A stretch of 64,000 nucleotides of DNA. Source: a virus. This document shows, in pieces, positions 27,999 to 39,759 of this stretch (position 1 is the first letter of the stretch; each line of letters starts with the position of its first letter). Location: positions 32,001-96,000 of the IMG/VR virus record IMGVR_UViG_3300020595_003017; one strand, written 5' to 3'. The notes under the pieces were generated by a model, which saw only the letters and a program-made list of their open reading frames with translations, was not told the origin of the DNA and did no database searches. Position numbers and translations under genes: made by a program.

Positions 27999-29028
27999 AG
28001 AGGCTATCACCTACGATGATATGTTACTAGTGCCTCAGTACAGTGATATTACGAGCAGAAGTGAAGTTGAGATCGGCAATAGGATGGGACACAGGCATCT
28101 CAAGATGCCGATTATCGCTTCCCCGATGGACACTGTGTCGGAGCATGAAATGGCAATCGCCATGTATCGTGCCGGAGGCATGGCTGTTCTTCATAGATAT
28201 AATACTATTCAAGAACAAGTAAGCATGGCAGAAAAAGTCACACAAGTGTCAAACTGGTCGGGACAGGTGGCCGCTGCCGTTGGTGTGACGGGCGATTTCA
28301 TCGAGCGTTCCGAGGCTTTGATCGCAGCAGGTGTTGATGTTTTGTGCATTGATGTGGCTCATGGTCATCATATTTTAGTAAAAAAAGCTCTTGAGCAATT
28401 GCGAAACGAATATGATAATCATATTTACATCATCGCAGGAAACGTCTGCACGCTGGAGGGTATTAACGATGTTGCTGATTGGGGGGCTGACGCTGTACGG
28501 TGTAACATTGGTGGCGGCTCCATTTGTTCTACTAGGACTGTCACAGGCCACGGTTTACCCGGCCTCCAAACGATCTTCGACTGCGCAAGAACAGACCGCC
28601 AAGTCTCGATCATCGCAGACGGCGGCATCAAAACCTCGGGAGATATTGTTAAAGCTTTAGCAGCCGGCGCAGATTTTGTAATGTGCGGCTCTTTATTAGC
28701 AGGCACCACCGAAAGTCCAGGAAAAGTAATTCACCTGCCTGACAATAACCGAGTAAAAGAATATAGAGGGATGGCCTCCAAAGACGCCCAACTGGACTGG
28801 CGCAGCAAATCATCCACCCCAGAAGGCGTGGCGTCTTATATCCCATTCAAGGGTAGCGTCTTAGATATTTTGACAGACCTGAGCGGAGGTATCAAGTCTG
28901 GATTTTCTTACAGCGGCGCTCGGAATTTATCAGAACTACAACACAAGGCGGAGTGGGCGAGGCAAACTTCTGCCGGAACCCATGAAAGTAGCACTCATAT
29001 TTTTTCTCAAGAAGGGAAACAAAAATAA
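27988..29028 (+). CDS. guaB: IMP dehydrogenase, short form without CBS domains (GMP reductase not excluded)
   Basis: ASPMDTV, IDVAHGH, AGNV, GGGSICSTR (catalytic Cys), IADGGI, YRGMAS, PEGV. Confidence 0.85.
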   Translation: MKFKEAITYDDMLLVPQYSDITSRSEVEIGNRMGHRHLKMPIIASPMDTVSEHEMAIAMYRAGGMAVLHRYNTIQEQVSMAEKVTQVSNWSGQVAAAVGVTGDFIERSEALIAAGVDVLCIDVAHGHHILVKKALEQLRNEYDNHIYIIAGNVCTLEGINDVADWGADAVRCNIGGGSICSTRTVTGHGLPGLQTIFDCARTDRQVSIIADGGIKTSGDIVKALAAGADFVMCGSLLAGTTESPGKVIHLPDNNRVKEYRGMASKDAQLDWRSKSSTPEGVASYIPFKGSVLDILTDLSGGIKSGFSYSGARNLSELQHKAEWARQTSAGTHESSTHIFSQEGKQK

Positions 29029-29351
29029 TGTTTTATCGTAAATCATCAGCAGATCAGCAAGCAGACATTGATCGTGAGCCAACTGAATTTGAGACTCAGT
29101 ACAATGAGAACCCAACTTGTTTCGAAGTCCACGAGAAGTGGCAACTGGAGTGCGATCAAGACAAGTGTAGGAACTGGATGGATTACTCTAGTGATTTAAA
29201 CTGTGCTGTCGTTTGCGCCAGGAAGCACGACAATGGCTTAAGCTTACGAGAAGTGGCAGAAAGAATGAATGTGAGCTTCCCCAGAATCAGCCAAATTGAG
29301 CACGCTGCTTTCAAGAAACTAAAAACAGCAGGAGTTTTTCAAGAAGAATAG
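29028..29351 (+). CDS. stand-alone sigma70 region-4 HTH protein with a Cys-rich N-terminus
   Basis: LSLREVAERMNVSFPRISQIEHAAFKKL. Confidence 0.75.
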   Translation: MFYRKSSADQQADIDREPTEFETQYNENPTCFEVHEKWQLECDQDKCRNWMDYSSDLNCAVVCARKHDNGLSLREVAERMNVSFPRISQIEHAAFKKLKTAGVFQEE

Positions 29352-29421
29352 GGTTTTTTACTTATTGATAAACTATTTAAAGATGATTGTAAACAATCAC
29401 CCCCTTAAGGAGATCATTATA

Positions 29422-30009
29422 ATGACTAAAAAGAAAACCCTTGTAAACGAAAGCGTTATCCGTCGTTGGGGCAAACTGGCAAATATGCCTGCCTTGACTG
29501 AAAACTTTCTTGATACTGCTGAAGAGCTAGAGGAAGAAGAAGGTGAAGAGGAAATGGAAATGAGCATGGACGCTGCACCTGCGGATGACGCTGCTGAAGC
29601 ACCTGCCGCAGAACAAGACGCAGTGGAAAAAATTGTTAACGCTGTCGTAGACGCTATCTCGCAAGAAACTGGTGTTGACATTGAAGTCGAAGGCGAAGCT
29701 GGTGCTGACGCTGGTGGCGAAGAAATGGACATGGCTGCCGACGATGATGACGTGGCTATGCGTGGCGCAGACCCCTCGATGGCGATGAGGGACGAAGATC
29801 CTGCCAATAGAGCAGACGAAGTTGAAGAAGGAATGCGTGGTAAGACAGCTATGCGTGGCGACAAGGATGAAAAAGCCATGCGTGATGATGACGACGAAGA
29901 TGATAAAAAGGTAAAGAAAGAAGAGCTTGACCTTGAAGTAATCGACGACGAGGCCCTCACCGAAGCAGTTCTTCGAAGAGTGGTTGAACGACTTTTAAGC
30001 CGCAAATAA
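29422..30009 (+). CDS. highly acidic protein, possibly prohead core/scaffold
   Basis: LVNESVIRRWGKLA N-terminus; D/E/A-rich body; AAGGAG RBS; ACTATTTA upstream. Confidence 0.55.
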   Translation: MTKKKTLVNESVIRRWGKLANMPALTENFLDTAEELEEEEGEEEMEMSMDAAPADDAAEAPAAEQDAVEKIVNAVVDAISQETGVDIEVEGEAGADAGGEEMDMAADDDDVAMRGADPSMAMRDEDPANRADEVEEGMRGKTAMRGDKDEKAMRDDDDEDDKKVKKEELDLEVIDDEALTEAVLRRVVERLLSRK

Positions 30010-30025
30010 TCTTTCTGGAGACAGA

Positions 30026-30958
30026 ATGAACTCTCTTAACGCAAACGACCTCCGTAAGTTAATTACTGAGGTCGTTTCTGTTTATTGGACAGAAAAACAT
30101 CAGTGGCTACTGGAAAGCCCCAAAGTGTTAAAGGAAGGGGTTTTTGATCCCGGCATCCTCAAGGCAATCTTTACGGCTGGTGGACCAGGCAGCGGAAAAT
30201 CTTTCGTGGCTGATATGTTGATGGGCGCTCGCTCCCTTGAAAAACCCTACCAGAAGTATTTTGAGGAGCACACCTCATACCTTCCAGCCGGCATTAAGTA
30301 TGTCAACTCTGATAACCTCTTTGAAAAGGGGCTTCTGAAAATGGGCATCAATCCTAAAGACCTAGCCGACATAGAATCATTGCCCAGCGACGAGTTGTGG
30401 GATATCATTCAGGGGGAAGACCCAGAATCTATTCGCAACATAGCCAAAGGACAGCTTGCAGCCCAGCGTGCCTTTTACGAGAGTGGTCGTCTTGGAGTTC
30501 TTGTTGATGGAACTGGGCGAGAGTATGAGAAAATTGCGAGACAAAAAGAAAAGATGGAGAAGTTAGGATACGATACTGCTATGGTATTTGTAAATACTTC
30601 CGAAGAAGTCGCCCAACAGCGCAATGCCGGCAGAGACCGAGTTCTCCCAGAGAAAACTATTACAGACCTTTGGAATCAGGTGCAGAACAACCTGAAAGCC
30701 TACGCTCAACTTTTTGGTAACGACTTCACTATCGTCATGAACGATGCGCCAGGCGCTCCTCCTGAATCAGCAGTCAAGGCTATGAACGACTTCGTAGCCG
30801 CCCCGGTTGAAAACAAGTTTGGACAGTCATGGATTGAAGGAGAACTTGAGCGTCGAGGTGTCCAGACATTAGAGCCTGGCGGAGCCGGTGGCTTTCGTGG
30901 CGACCGAGAGTCTGCCGAACGCATCCAACAAATGAGGGACAGAAAGGCGGAACAGTGA
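30026..30958 (+). CDS. zeta-toxin-like P-loop kinase
   Basis: AGGPGSGKS, YVNSD, VLVDGTG, MVFVNTS..VAQQRN..RDR. Confidence 0.75.
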   Translation: MNSLNANDLRKLITEVVSVYWTEKHQWLLESPKVLKEGVFDPGILKAIFTAGGPGSGKSFVADMLMGARSLEKPYQKYFEEHTSYLPAGIKYVNSDNLFEKGLLKMGINPKDLADIESLPSDELWDIIQGEDPESIRNIAKGQLAAQRAFYESGRLGVLVDGTGREYEKIARQKEKMEKLGYDTAMVFVNTSEEVAQQRNAGRDRVLPEKTITDLWNQVQNNLKAYAQLFGNDFTIVMNDAPGAPPESAVKAMNDFVAAPVENKFGQSWIEGELERRGVQTLEPGGAGGFRGDRESAERIQQMRDRKAEQ

Positions 30959-31332
30959 CGTTTGACGTCCTTAAGCTTTTAGAACAAGAAGGCTACATCA
31001 AAGACGGCGAGGACAACTTAGTTCATGCTGAGAAGGCCTTTTTCGCTGCACGAGTTATGCAGTGGATAAGAAATAAAGTAAACACAGAACCTGATTTCAA
31101 TCTTCAAGCCTATTTAACAATGTTAATGTATTATAAGACAGACGTGGCTGACTTAAAGTTTACAGAGGATGGTAGTAAACTAGTTTACCGGATGAGAAAT
31201 AATGATAAAGAGGTGCAGGATCTTGTTAACTCACTTATTAAATCTAGTAGCAAATCTCATGAAGAACCTACCTCAGAAGAAGGAAACACTCCCAGTGACA
31301 CCAAAAGCTCTGATAGAGATTCTGAATCCTAA
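30955..31332 (+). CDS. hypothetical protein
   Basis: ORF coupled to neighbours by overlaps. Confidence 0.55.
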   Translation: MTFDVLKLLEQEGYIKDGEDNLVHAEKAFFAARVMQWIRNKVNTEPDFNLQAYLTMLMYYKTDVADLKFTEDGSKLVYRMRNNDKEVQDLVNSLIKSSSKSHEEPTSEEGNTPSDTKSSDRDSES

Positions 31333-31933
31333 GAATATAAAATCATATTTTGCAGCAAAAGATTATAAATTCTTTGACACTCCTGACAAGTTACTAAACC
31401 TAAATCTGATAGGTGTGCGTCGAGACAATCAAGGCACAAACACTTTTGATGATTTCTTGCTGGTAATGTATCGTGAAGAAGAATTAATGATTAGCACCCG
31501 ATATCAAGTAACAACTGACCCAGGGAAGCACTGGCTTGAAAAACCGATCAATCCCAAGGGAACAGCGGTGCTCGTGCCCGGACAATATCGAGGGACTTGG
31601 CAACTAGGAAAGCACCAGGGCAAGTATGAAGCACTAGTTCAGCGCAAGCCTGTTAAAGTTTATCGAGACAATAACAAAGACGAGATCATAGATTATAATA
31701 ATATAAACACGATAGTTGATGAGGGGTACTTTGGTATCAACATCCATCGCAGTAATCCCTACGATCAGTCTTATGTAATTAATAAATGGAGCGCAGGCTG
31801 CCAGGTCTTCAAAAAGATTGAAGATTATAATAATTTTATGGAACTCTGCAAAGAATCAGCAAAGATTTATGGCAACGGATTTACCTACACGCTCATTACT
31901 GAGAAAGATTTAAGAAATCACCTAGATAGCTGA
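31295..31933 (+). CDS. YkuD/L,D-transpeptidase-fold cell-wall enzyme (putative lysin)
   Basis: NLIGVR, TTDPG, GINIHR...WSAGCQV (His...S-x-G-C); start uncertain (31259 or 31295). Confidence 0.6.
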   Translation: MTPKALIEILNPKNIKSYFAAKDYKFFDTPDKLLNLNLIGVRRDNQGTNTFDDFLLVMYREEELMISTRYQVTTDPGKHWLEKPINPKGTAVLVPGQYRGTWQLGKHQGKYEALVQRKPVKVYRDNNKDEIIDYNNINTIVDEGYFGINIHRSNPYDQSYVINKWSAGCQVFKKIEDYNNFMELCKESAKIYGNGFTYTLITEKDLRNHLDS

Positions 31934-31975
31934 CTATTTATAGATAGTTCTATTTTCTGAGGAGAAAAAATAATA

Positions 31976-32440
31976 ATGTCCCAATATAAAATTTCCAAAG
32001 CAAGGTTATCGCAAATTATCAAAGAAGAATACGAAAAGATTCTGCTTGAAGATGAGCAAAGAACTGATGAGGGCTACATGGATGCTCTTGATCGGGAGAG
32101 AGACGACGACGCCCGTGAGCGCCGCCGGCAATTGCAACGCATTAAAGACGAAGAAGAAAGAAAGCGCAGAAGCGGTGGCTATCGACGACCCGGCGCAGGC
32201 TCTGGCATGGGTGGCATCGGCGGCGGAGGATCTGGCAAAAAGAGATTCCCTGGCTTTAATCGTAAAGACGAAAAGATGGACGCAGTTGGCAAAGAAGATG
32301 CCGACGTTGACAACGATGGCGACACTGATAGCAGCGACGAGTATCTGAAGAAGCGCCGCAAAGCCATTGGCAAGGCCATGAAAAAGGAATCTCTGGATTC
32401 TATCCGAGATTTAATTCAGCAAGAACTTAAGAATTTCTAG
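31976..32440 (+). CDS. charged low-complexity protein, possibly head-associated
   Basis: KISKARLSQIIKEE N-terminus; DADVDNDGDTDSSDEYLKKRRKAI motif; ACTATTTA upstream. Confidence 0.55.
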   Translation: MSQYKISKARLSQIIKEEYEKILLEDEQRTDEGYMDALDRERDDDARERRRQLQRIKDEEERKRRSGGYRRPGAGSGMGGIGGGGSGKKRFPGFNRKDEKMDAVGKEDADVDNDGDTDSSDEYLKKRRKAIGKAMKKESLDSIRDLIQQELKNF

Positions 32441-32445
32441 TAGCC

Positions 32446-34635
32446 ATGGATCAGGATCTTCGACCCGATCAGATCGAGATTTTAGTTGGCAGTCCTGCTG
32501 TCAATGATGAATTCTCACGAAAAATAAAAGAGCTTGATCGAAGGCTCCAGGCTAATGGTATGTATTATAAAGACTGGGAGACACTGAACGATCGGCAGCA
32601 TGACGTTTTCTCCAGCGATATGTTTTTAGAAGGTGACAACGCAAACAGCGTTAAGCACTATGTTATGGCTGCGGTTAATTCATGTTGGTGTCCGGATGTT
32701 ATTGAAGACCTACACCATCACTCCCCAGTTTTGATAAGGGAAATAGAAAAACAACAAGAGATGCTCCCCGACATGACAGTAAAGATCGGGGAAGGTCTTC
32801 AGTATATTAACAACTTGATAGACAATACGCTCGTTGAGTTTTTAGGTGTTCCCGATAAAGAGACTGCCCAATTTTTTGGCTCTGAAGAATACAACGAATT
32901 ACTAGACAAACTAGATAGCCTAGGTAATCCTAAGAGCCCGGAAGAGCTTTACGATAATGTCAGCAAAGTAGCCCTCAAAGAACTAGAAAAATACTTCGGA
33001 AAGGGCTGGATTGATAATACTGCCGAAGAATGGAAGATAGACGGAAAAAAAATTAAAAACCCCACCCTCGAAAAAGAGGGAAATCTTGGGAGGATGTGGC
33101 GATTGACCAACGCTGGTAATCGTGCCAATAGAAACGAGGCACTAGAGAAGATTCGAGAGGCGTTGGATGATGGTGCTTATGGTGCTGATATACAAGTAGT
33201 TAAGGACGAAGAGGGCGACATATACAAGAAAGGTTTTTTAGTCAGACTATCCATGGTGTTTAAATTCCCAACTGCTGATGGCAAAGTGGTTGATGTCCCA
33301 TGGAAAATGGACCTGAGCGAGGGCATGGGTGCCGGCGGCACAGCCGAGGGACGACAACTATCTGAATTTCAACAAGCCCTTCAAGAAGCCATAGAAAAAA
33401 ACAATGGACAACCTGTTACGATTGAATTCCCTAACGGTCTTGGGACAGTTAGCGGAGTTGCAAATATCATAAGCGGACCTAAGCGAAAAACAAAGGGACG
33501 AGTTGGAGACCCAAAAACAGATTTTGTTTTACAAGACAAATCCGGAAATAGTTTATATTTCTTATCCGCCAAAGACGGAAATAAACCCAGTAACTTTAAC
33601 CAGTGGGGCGGGTTCTCTAACATCCCAGGCGAAGCCATGAAAGAGATTAATGACTTTGCTAAAGCGGCGGCTAATTTTATATTATACGACAGGAGAGATG
33701 CAAAGACGGATGGCGACCCTCTGCGTTATTACGAATGGCAAAAACAAGGGGGCGAGAACGTTCTAAAGAGAATGAATCCCGGTAGTGTGCCTTACGGAAT
33801 GGTGATCACAAAACCAATAAAAAATCGAATGCTAAAACTTAAGGCAGTTTTTGGAGAGGACTTTGGTACGGTCAATCCACAAACCAAAAAAGCCAACCAT
33901 GGACTGGACTATGTTAATGCCACTTTTCAGATTCCAGAAGGGGCTGCTTTAACTTTAAAAGAGAAGACAGAGGGGGACCCAAGTGTTCTAGTCCCGGATG
34001 GTTTTGTTCATGTGTTCGGTCCAGCACAATTTAGCGGCTATCCGTCAATGACTGATATGTCTGATGAGGAAATAGACGAAGAAATTGATAACGTGATGGG
34101 AAGAGGCTATCATCCTATTCTACTACTCAGAAGAGCAGAGGGAGGCCGAGGAGAAGGCGTCTCAGGAAAAATGTTTGGTCCTAGGTCCGGTACTAAGAAA
34201 TTCAGCAAAAGAAAAGAAGCCGAGGCGGCAGCACAATCCGCCGTTGATGCGGCAGCCGGCATCCAGATTTCTATGCCGAAGGATATTTATGGTCCGAAAG
34301 TCCCATATTCAATGCAAAGCGTTAGGTTTGGGATATTCCCAGCAGAAAACAGAGCCATTACTCACGTTATGAATGATAACTTTCAGGTGGAAGCTGTCTG
34401 GGACAAAGAAGGTGCCCTCGCTTCAGCCCAATGCGGCTCTTGGTATTGCAACAAGGCAGCCCTTGACGCTGTTGGTGGGGCAGTAGAAATAAAAGAAGAC
34501 GGATCAAGAACGCCTTTAGACTTAACAGGTCCAGTTGATGATGATACTATTGGGGGAGCAGATGGGAATCCAAAACCACCATCGGCTCAGAAGTTTAACA
34601 AGTTTAAATTGCCGGCAGCAAATATAAAAAGATGA
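32446..34635 (+). CDS. large protein with a PD-(D/E)xK-like nuclease domain
   Basis: GDPKTDFVL...YFLSAKDG...NQWGG. Confidence 0.45.
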   Translation: MDQDLRPDQIEILVGSPAVNDEFSRKIKELDRRLQANGMYYKDWETLNDRQHDVFSSDMFLEGDNANSVKHYVMAAVNSCWCPDVIEDLHHHSPVLIREIEKQQEMLPDMTVKIGEGLQYINNLIDNTLVEFLGVPDKETAQFFGSEEYNELLDKLDSLGNPKSPEELYDNVSKVALKELEKYFGKGWIDNTAEEWKIDGKKIKNPTLEKEGNLGRMWRLTNAGNRANRNEALEKIREALDDGAYGADIQVVKDEEGDIYKKGFLVRLSMVFKFPTADGKVVDVPWKMDLSEGMGAGGTAEGRQLSEFQQALQEAIEKNNGQPVTIEFPNGLGTVSGVANIISGPKRKTKGRVGDPKTDFVLQDKSGNSLYFLSAKDGNKPSNFNQWGGFSNIPGEAMKEINDFAKAAANFILYDRRDAKTDGDPLRYYEWQKQGGENVLKRMNPGSVPYGMVITKPIKNRMLKLKAVFGEDFGTVNPQTKKANHGLDYVNATFQIPEGAALTLKEKTEGDPSVLVPDGFVHVFGPAQFSGYPSMTDMSDEEIDEEIDNVMGRGYHPILLLRRAEGGRGEGVSGKMFGPRSGTKKFSKRKEAEAAAQSAVDAAAGIQISMPKDIYGPKVPYSMQSVRFGIFPAENRAITHVMNDNFQVEAVWDKEGALASAQCGSWYCNKAALDAVGGAVEIKEDGSRTPLDLTGPVDDDTIGGADGNPKPPSAQKFNKFKLPAANIKR

Positions 34636-34647
34636 AAGTGAGGATAG

Positions 34648-35636
34648 TTGAAATCTCTTTTAAGATACCCAGGTGGTAAAACTAGAGCACTCAAATGGAT
34701 CACACCTTATTTCCCAAAAGACATGACAGAAATGGTCAGTCCGTTTTTTGGCGGTGGTTCCATTGAGATTCATTACGCAAGTCAAGGTGTACGAGTTCAT
34801 GGCTATGAGATCTTCGAGCCACTAGTCAACTTCTGGCAGTATGCTCTGGAGGATCCAGAGTATATGGCCGAAACACTTGAATCACTATTCCATCCCTGTA
34901 CTGAGTTAAAGTTTAAAGAATATCAAAAGAAGCATTGCTGGACTCATATGGACAGCACTCACCGGAACTACAAGCAATACCGAGCCTGTATGTACTATGC
35001 TTTGAATCGCTCATCATTTAGCGGGGCAACTACGAGCGGCGGTTACTCACAACAGGCTGCGGACAAGCGGTTCACCCAAAGTAGTATTGACCGACTTAAA
35101 GAGTTCCTATGTCCCTTCCTAACTGTCAAGCACGCAGACTTCAAGGATAGCATAGCAAAACATGATGACGATACATTCATATACGCAGACCCTCCTTATG
35201 CTATCGACAACCCAGTCCTCTATGGTGACAACGGTTCAACCCATAAAGGTTTTGACCACGTTGGTTTCGCAAAGGCAATAAAAGAAAAGAATAATTGGAT
35301 CATTTCTTATAACGATAGCAAATATATTAGGGACCTATATCAGGGTTACGAGATCATTGAGACTGGTTGGTCCTATGGGATGCATGGTGGTCAGGCCAAA
35401 GAGGGAGAACTAGTCAATAAGTCGAGCGAAATTCTTATTCTAAATGGTATCGACCCGGATCACATTGCTGCTGCCAATGAGCAAGTCCAGCGGATGCGTG
35501 CTGAGGAGCTAGAGAAGAAGAAAAAAGCTGCCACCAAGAAATTTAAAAAGCTATTCAAGGAGCAACAGCAGCAACGCTGGGCTAAACAACTGAAGAGTTT
35601 TAGGGCTAAACAACTGAAGAGTTTTAGGGTAAGGCA

Positions 35637-35640
<4 letters not shown>
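34648..35640 (+). CDS. D12-class N6-adenine DNA methyltransferase (Dam-like)
   Basis: LRYPGGK, SPFFGGGS, IYADPPY; charged C-terminal extension. Confidence 0.9.
35581..35628 (+). repeat. perfect 24-bp tandem duplication
   Basis: GCTAAACAACTGAAGAGTTTTAGG x2 (AKQLKSFR x2). Confidence 0.95.
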
Positions 35641-37384
<1,744 letters not shown>

Positions 37385-37431
37385 AAATGCAAGTCTAGCG
37401 ACTATTTATTAAGACAGCCGGTTTCATACAT

Positions 37432-37464
37432 AAAGACCAGTATATTTTGTGCTGGTCTTTTTTT
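37432..37464 (+). terminator. intrinsic terminator after groEL
   Basis: AAAGACCAG/CTGGTCTTT stem followed by a T tract. Confidence 0.8.
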
Positions 37465-37479
37465 ATATGAGGGTTCCCT

Positions 37480-37938
37480 ATGAGCGACGAACTTTTAAAA
37501 ATTGTTTTGCAAAAAGTAGAGAGCATGGAGCACAAGATTACTAGTGCCAAGTCGCTCAATGGTGGTTTTGACAAGTTGGCAGGGGATGTTGAGCACATCA
37601 AAGCAGCACAATCAGAAGTTCTGGATGCTGTGAGGGGTGTTAAGCAAACCCTTTATGAACCTGATTCGGGATTGTTTAGTCGAGTTAAGGAACTTGAGTC
37701 AGAGTCTAGAATTCGTAACGCCTATGTGAAAGAAACGAAACCTGCTTTAGACTTTGCCAAAGAGTTAGTTGTCTGGAAAAAACACGCAGACAAAGAGCTA
37801 GAACAATTTGAAGCACTTCAGATTGAGTTTGCTAAACTTCAGGACTGGAAACAGGGTGCTCAAAAGGTTATTTGGCTTATAGCCACTGCCGCTGGTGGTA
37901 TGTGGGTCAAGCACTTCATGGATTTGATGATGAGATGA
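37480..37938 (+). CDS. coiled-coil protein with a C-terminal hydrophobic segment
   Basis: Heptad pattern; C-terminal VIWLIATAAGGMWV; ACTATTTA upstream. Confidence 0.55.
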   Translation: MSDELLKIVLQKVESMEHKITSAKSLNGGFDKLAGDVEHIKAAQSEVLDAVRGVKQTLYEPDSGLFSRVKELESESRIRNAYVKETKPALDFAKELVVWKKHADKELEQFEALQIEFAKLQDWKQGAQKVIWLIATAAGGMWVKHFMDLMMR

Positions 37939-38070
37939 CTGGTTTCGTGTTAGGAGCGATTATATTTTCTGTCCCTACGATATATTACCGCATCAAATTA
38001 AAAGAAACCGAGAAGAGATTACAGAAACATATTGAAACCCGCTGGATGTGGGAAGAATGGGGAGAATAAA

Positions 38071-38478
38071 ATGAAGAACTGGAAACCTTTTTTCTTTGAG
38101 GACAGTAGGATTCCTGTATGGTTATCTCACATAGCTCCCATTAATATCGGGGCTATCACTCTATTCTTTTTAGTTTTTAGTCGAAGCAAGATAAACGAGT
38201 TTACGAAACGACATGAGACAATACACTTCCAACAAATGCTAGAAACAGGTGTCATTGGGTTTGTCGTTTTGTATTTGCTTGATTATCTGGTTGGGCTTTG
38301 GAAATATAAAAATGATTGGAAAGGGCAGAAAACAACCCGTGGCTATGAATACCGGTCTGCTGCTCATAAGGCCTACCATCGAATTCGTGCAGAACAAGAA
38401 GCCTATCAGAATGAAATGGTTCATAACTATCCGGTGGCACGTTCCCGTTATGCGTGGATAAAAATGTATAAAGTATAA
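38071..38478 (+). CDS. HExxH-motif hypothetical protein
   Basis: RHETIHFQQ; hydrophobic segments. Confidence 0.55.
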   Translation: MKNWKPFFFEDSRIPVWLSHIAPINIGAITLFFLVFSRSKINEFTKRHETIHFQQMLETGVIGFVVLYLLDYLVGLWKYKNDWKGQKTTRGYEYRSAAHKAYHRIRAEQEAYQNEMVHNYPVARSRYAWIKMYKV

Positions 38479-38486
38479 AATAAAAC

Positions 38487-38514
38487 TTGACCTACCTTAG
38501 AAGTATGATACTAT
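38487..38514 (+). promoter_or_regulatory. early promoter cassette copy 4
   Basis: AAAAC-TTGACC-16-TACTAT, AAGGGAGAGAG-AT-ATG (38536). Confidence 0.8.
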
Positions 38515-38535
38515 ACATATGTAAGGGAGAGAGAT

Positions 38536-38664
38536 ATGTTTTACAAGGTAGTGATCTACGAGTGCTATGACGGTCAGAAGAAACTAGGACACGTCATCCC
38601 CAATAAAAACCTTCTTGCGTTGCTCCGCAAGGGTGGCTCATCTCACCTTGGAGATTCCAAATAA
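38536..38664 (+). CDS. 42-aa hypothetical protein (not in ORF track)
   Basis: MFYKVVIYECYDGQKKLGHVIPNKNLLALLRKGGSSHLGDSK; follows the cassette RBS; TAATG overlap with the next gene. Confidence 0.55.
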   Translation: MFYKVVIYECYDGQKKLGHVIPNKNLLALLRKGGSSHLGDSK

Positions 38665-39299
38665 TGTCTTACTGGAGCCAGATGTACGCCCGCCCTCAAA
38701 AAGCAGAGCGCCTTGAAGTTCAGAACGGCGAGGCTCGCTTCGAGTCCTTGATGGCTAAGAAGCTGTCAGAGGGTGACCGCAAGTTTGCTGAGTCTCTCAA
38801 GAGCCAGTTTGAAGATGGCGGCAAGTTGAGTCACAAACAGATTGAGTGCGTTGAGCGTATGGAGCAACGCTACTCTCCTGAGTCACAACTCAAGCGGGAA
38901 CGCTGGGCTCAGTCCTACAAGGCGGAGCACCGTGAGACTGCTCTTATTTGTGCGAACTACTACGCCACAACCATGTACTTCCGTGACCTGTCTCTCAAGA
39001 TTGCCACGGATGAGGACTTTGTTCCCACCGAAAAGCAGTTCAATGCTCTCGCCAAAAACAAATATGCCCTGAAGGCCATCAAGGCTGCGACTGAGCCGCC
39101 TGCCTTCCCTATCGGATCTTTGTGCAAGGTTCGTGCAAACTTCAACTTGGTCAGTAATCCTAAGCTTCACGACCAGATGGGTCTAGTTGTGGCTAACCAC
39201 GCCAAGGGTCTCTACGCCTCTTCAACCATCCTTGTGAATGGCGAGAACGTCAAGCTTGAAGACCGCTGCTTGAAAGCTGCGGCAAAGAAAAAGAAATAA
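38664..39299 (+). CDS. hypothetical protein with a C-terminal SH3-like domain
   Basis: FPIGSLCKV...MGLVV near the C-terminus. Confidence 0.6.
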   Translation: MSYWSQMYARPQKAERLEVQNGEARFESLMAKKLSEGDRKFAESLKSQFEDGGKLSHKQIECVERMEQRYSPESQLKRERWAQSYKAEHRETALICANYYATTMYFRDLSLKIATDEDFVPTEKQFNALAKNKYALKAIKAATEPPAFPIGSLCKVRANFNLVSNPKLHDQMGLVVANHAKGLYASSTILVNGENVKLEDRCLKAAAKKKK

Positions 39300-39351
39300 C
39301 TTAAACAACATCAGACAATGATGTATAATCCTGTTAAGGAGGATTTAGTGT

Positions 39352-39759
39352 ATGCGAGCAACAATTAGTTTTGAGACCGATGTAGGTGAGGTGGAGGGCA
39401 CGATGGCAGTTTTAGCCTGTTCGGAAGAGCACAACCTTCGTGCTGCTGCTGACCTCTTGTCTGACTTCACTGTTTTAGATGGAAGTGTGTTAGATGCAAT
39501 TACGGAAGTTTTGCGCTTGGTGGATATGTCTGCCGGACAACTTAGGCAGTACCAGCAAATGATGTTGAGTTTTGAAAAGGCAAAGTTTGAGACAATGCTG
39601 CCCCAGCCAGTTGAGCAAGCTATCCCAGTCGTTGACAACATGGAAAAGCTCAACGAGGTCAAGAAAAATATGCAGGGACTAGAGTCCTTCCTCGACAAGA
39701 TAGCGGCGGTGAGTGAAGCCGATGATCAGGAGGCTAACCATGAAACCCAGAAAGGGTGA
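39352..39759 (+). CDS. hypothetical protein
   Basis: TATAAT and AGGAGG upstream. Confidence 0.55.
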   Translation: MRATISFETDVGEVEGTMAVLACSEEHNLRAAADLLSDFTVLDGSVLDAITEVLRLVDMSAGQLRQYQQMMLSFEKAKFETMLPQPVEQAIPVVDNMEKLNEVKKNMQGLESFLDKIAAVSEADDQEANHETQKG

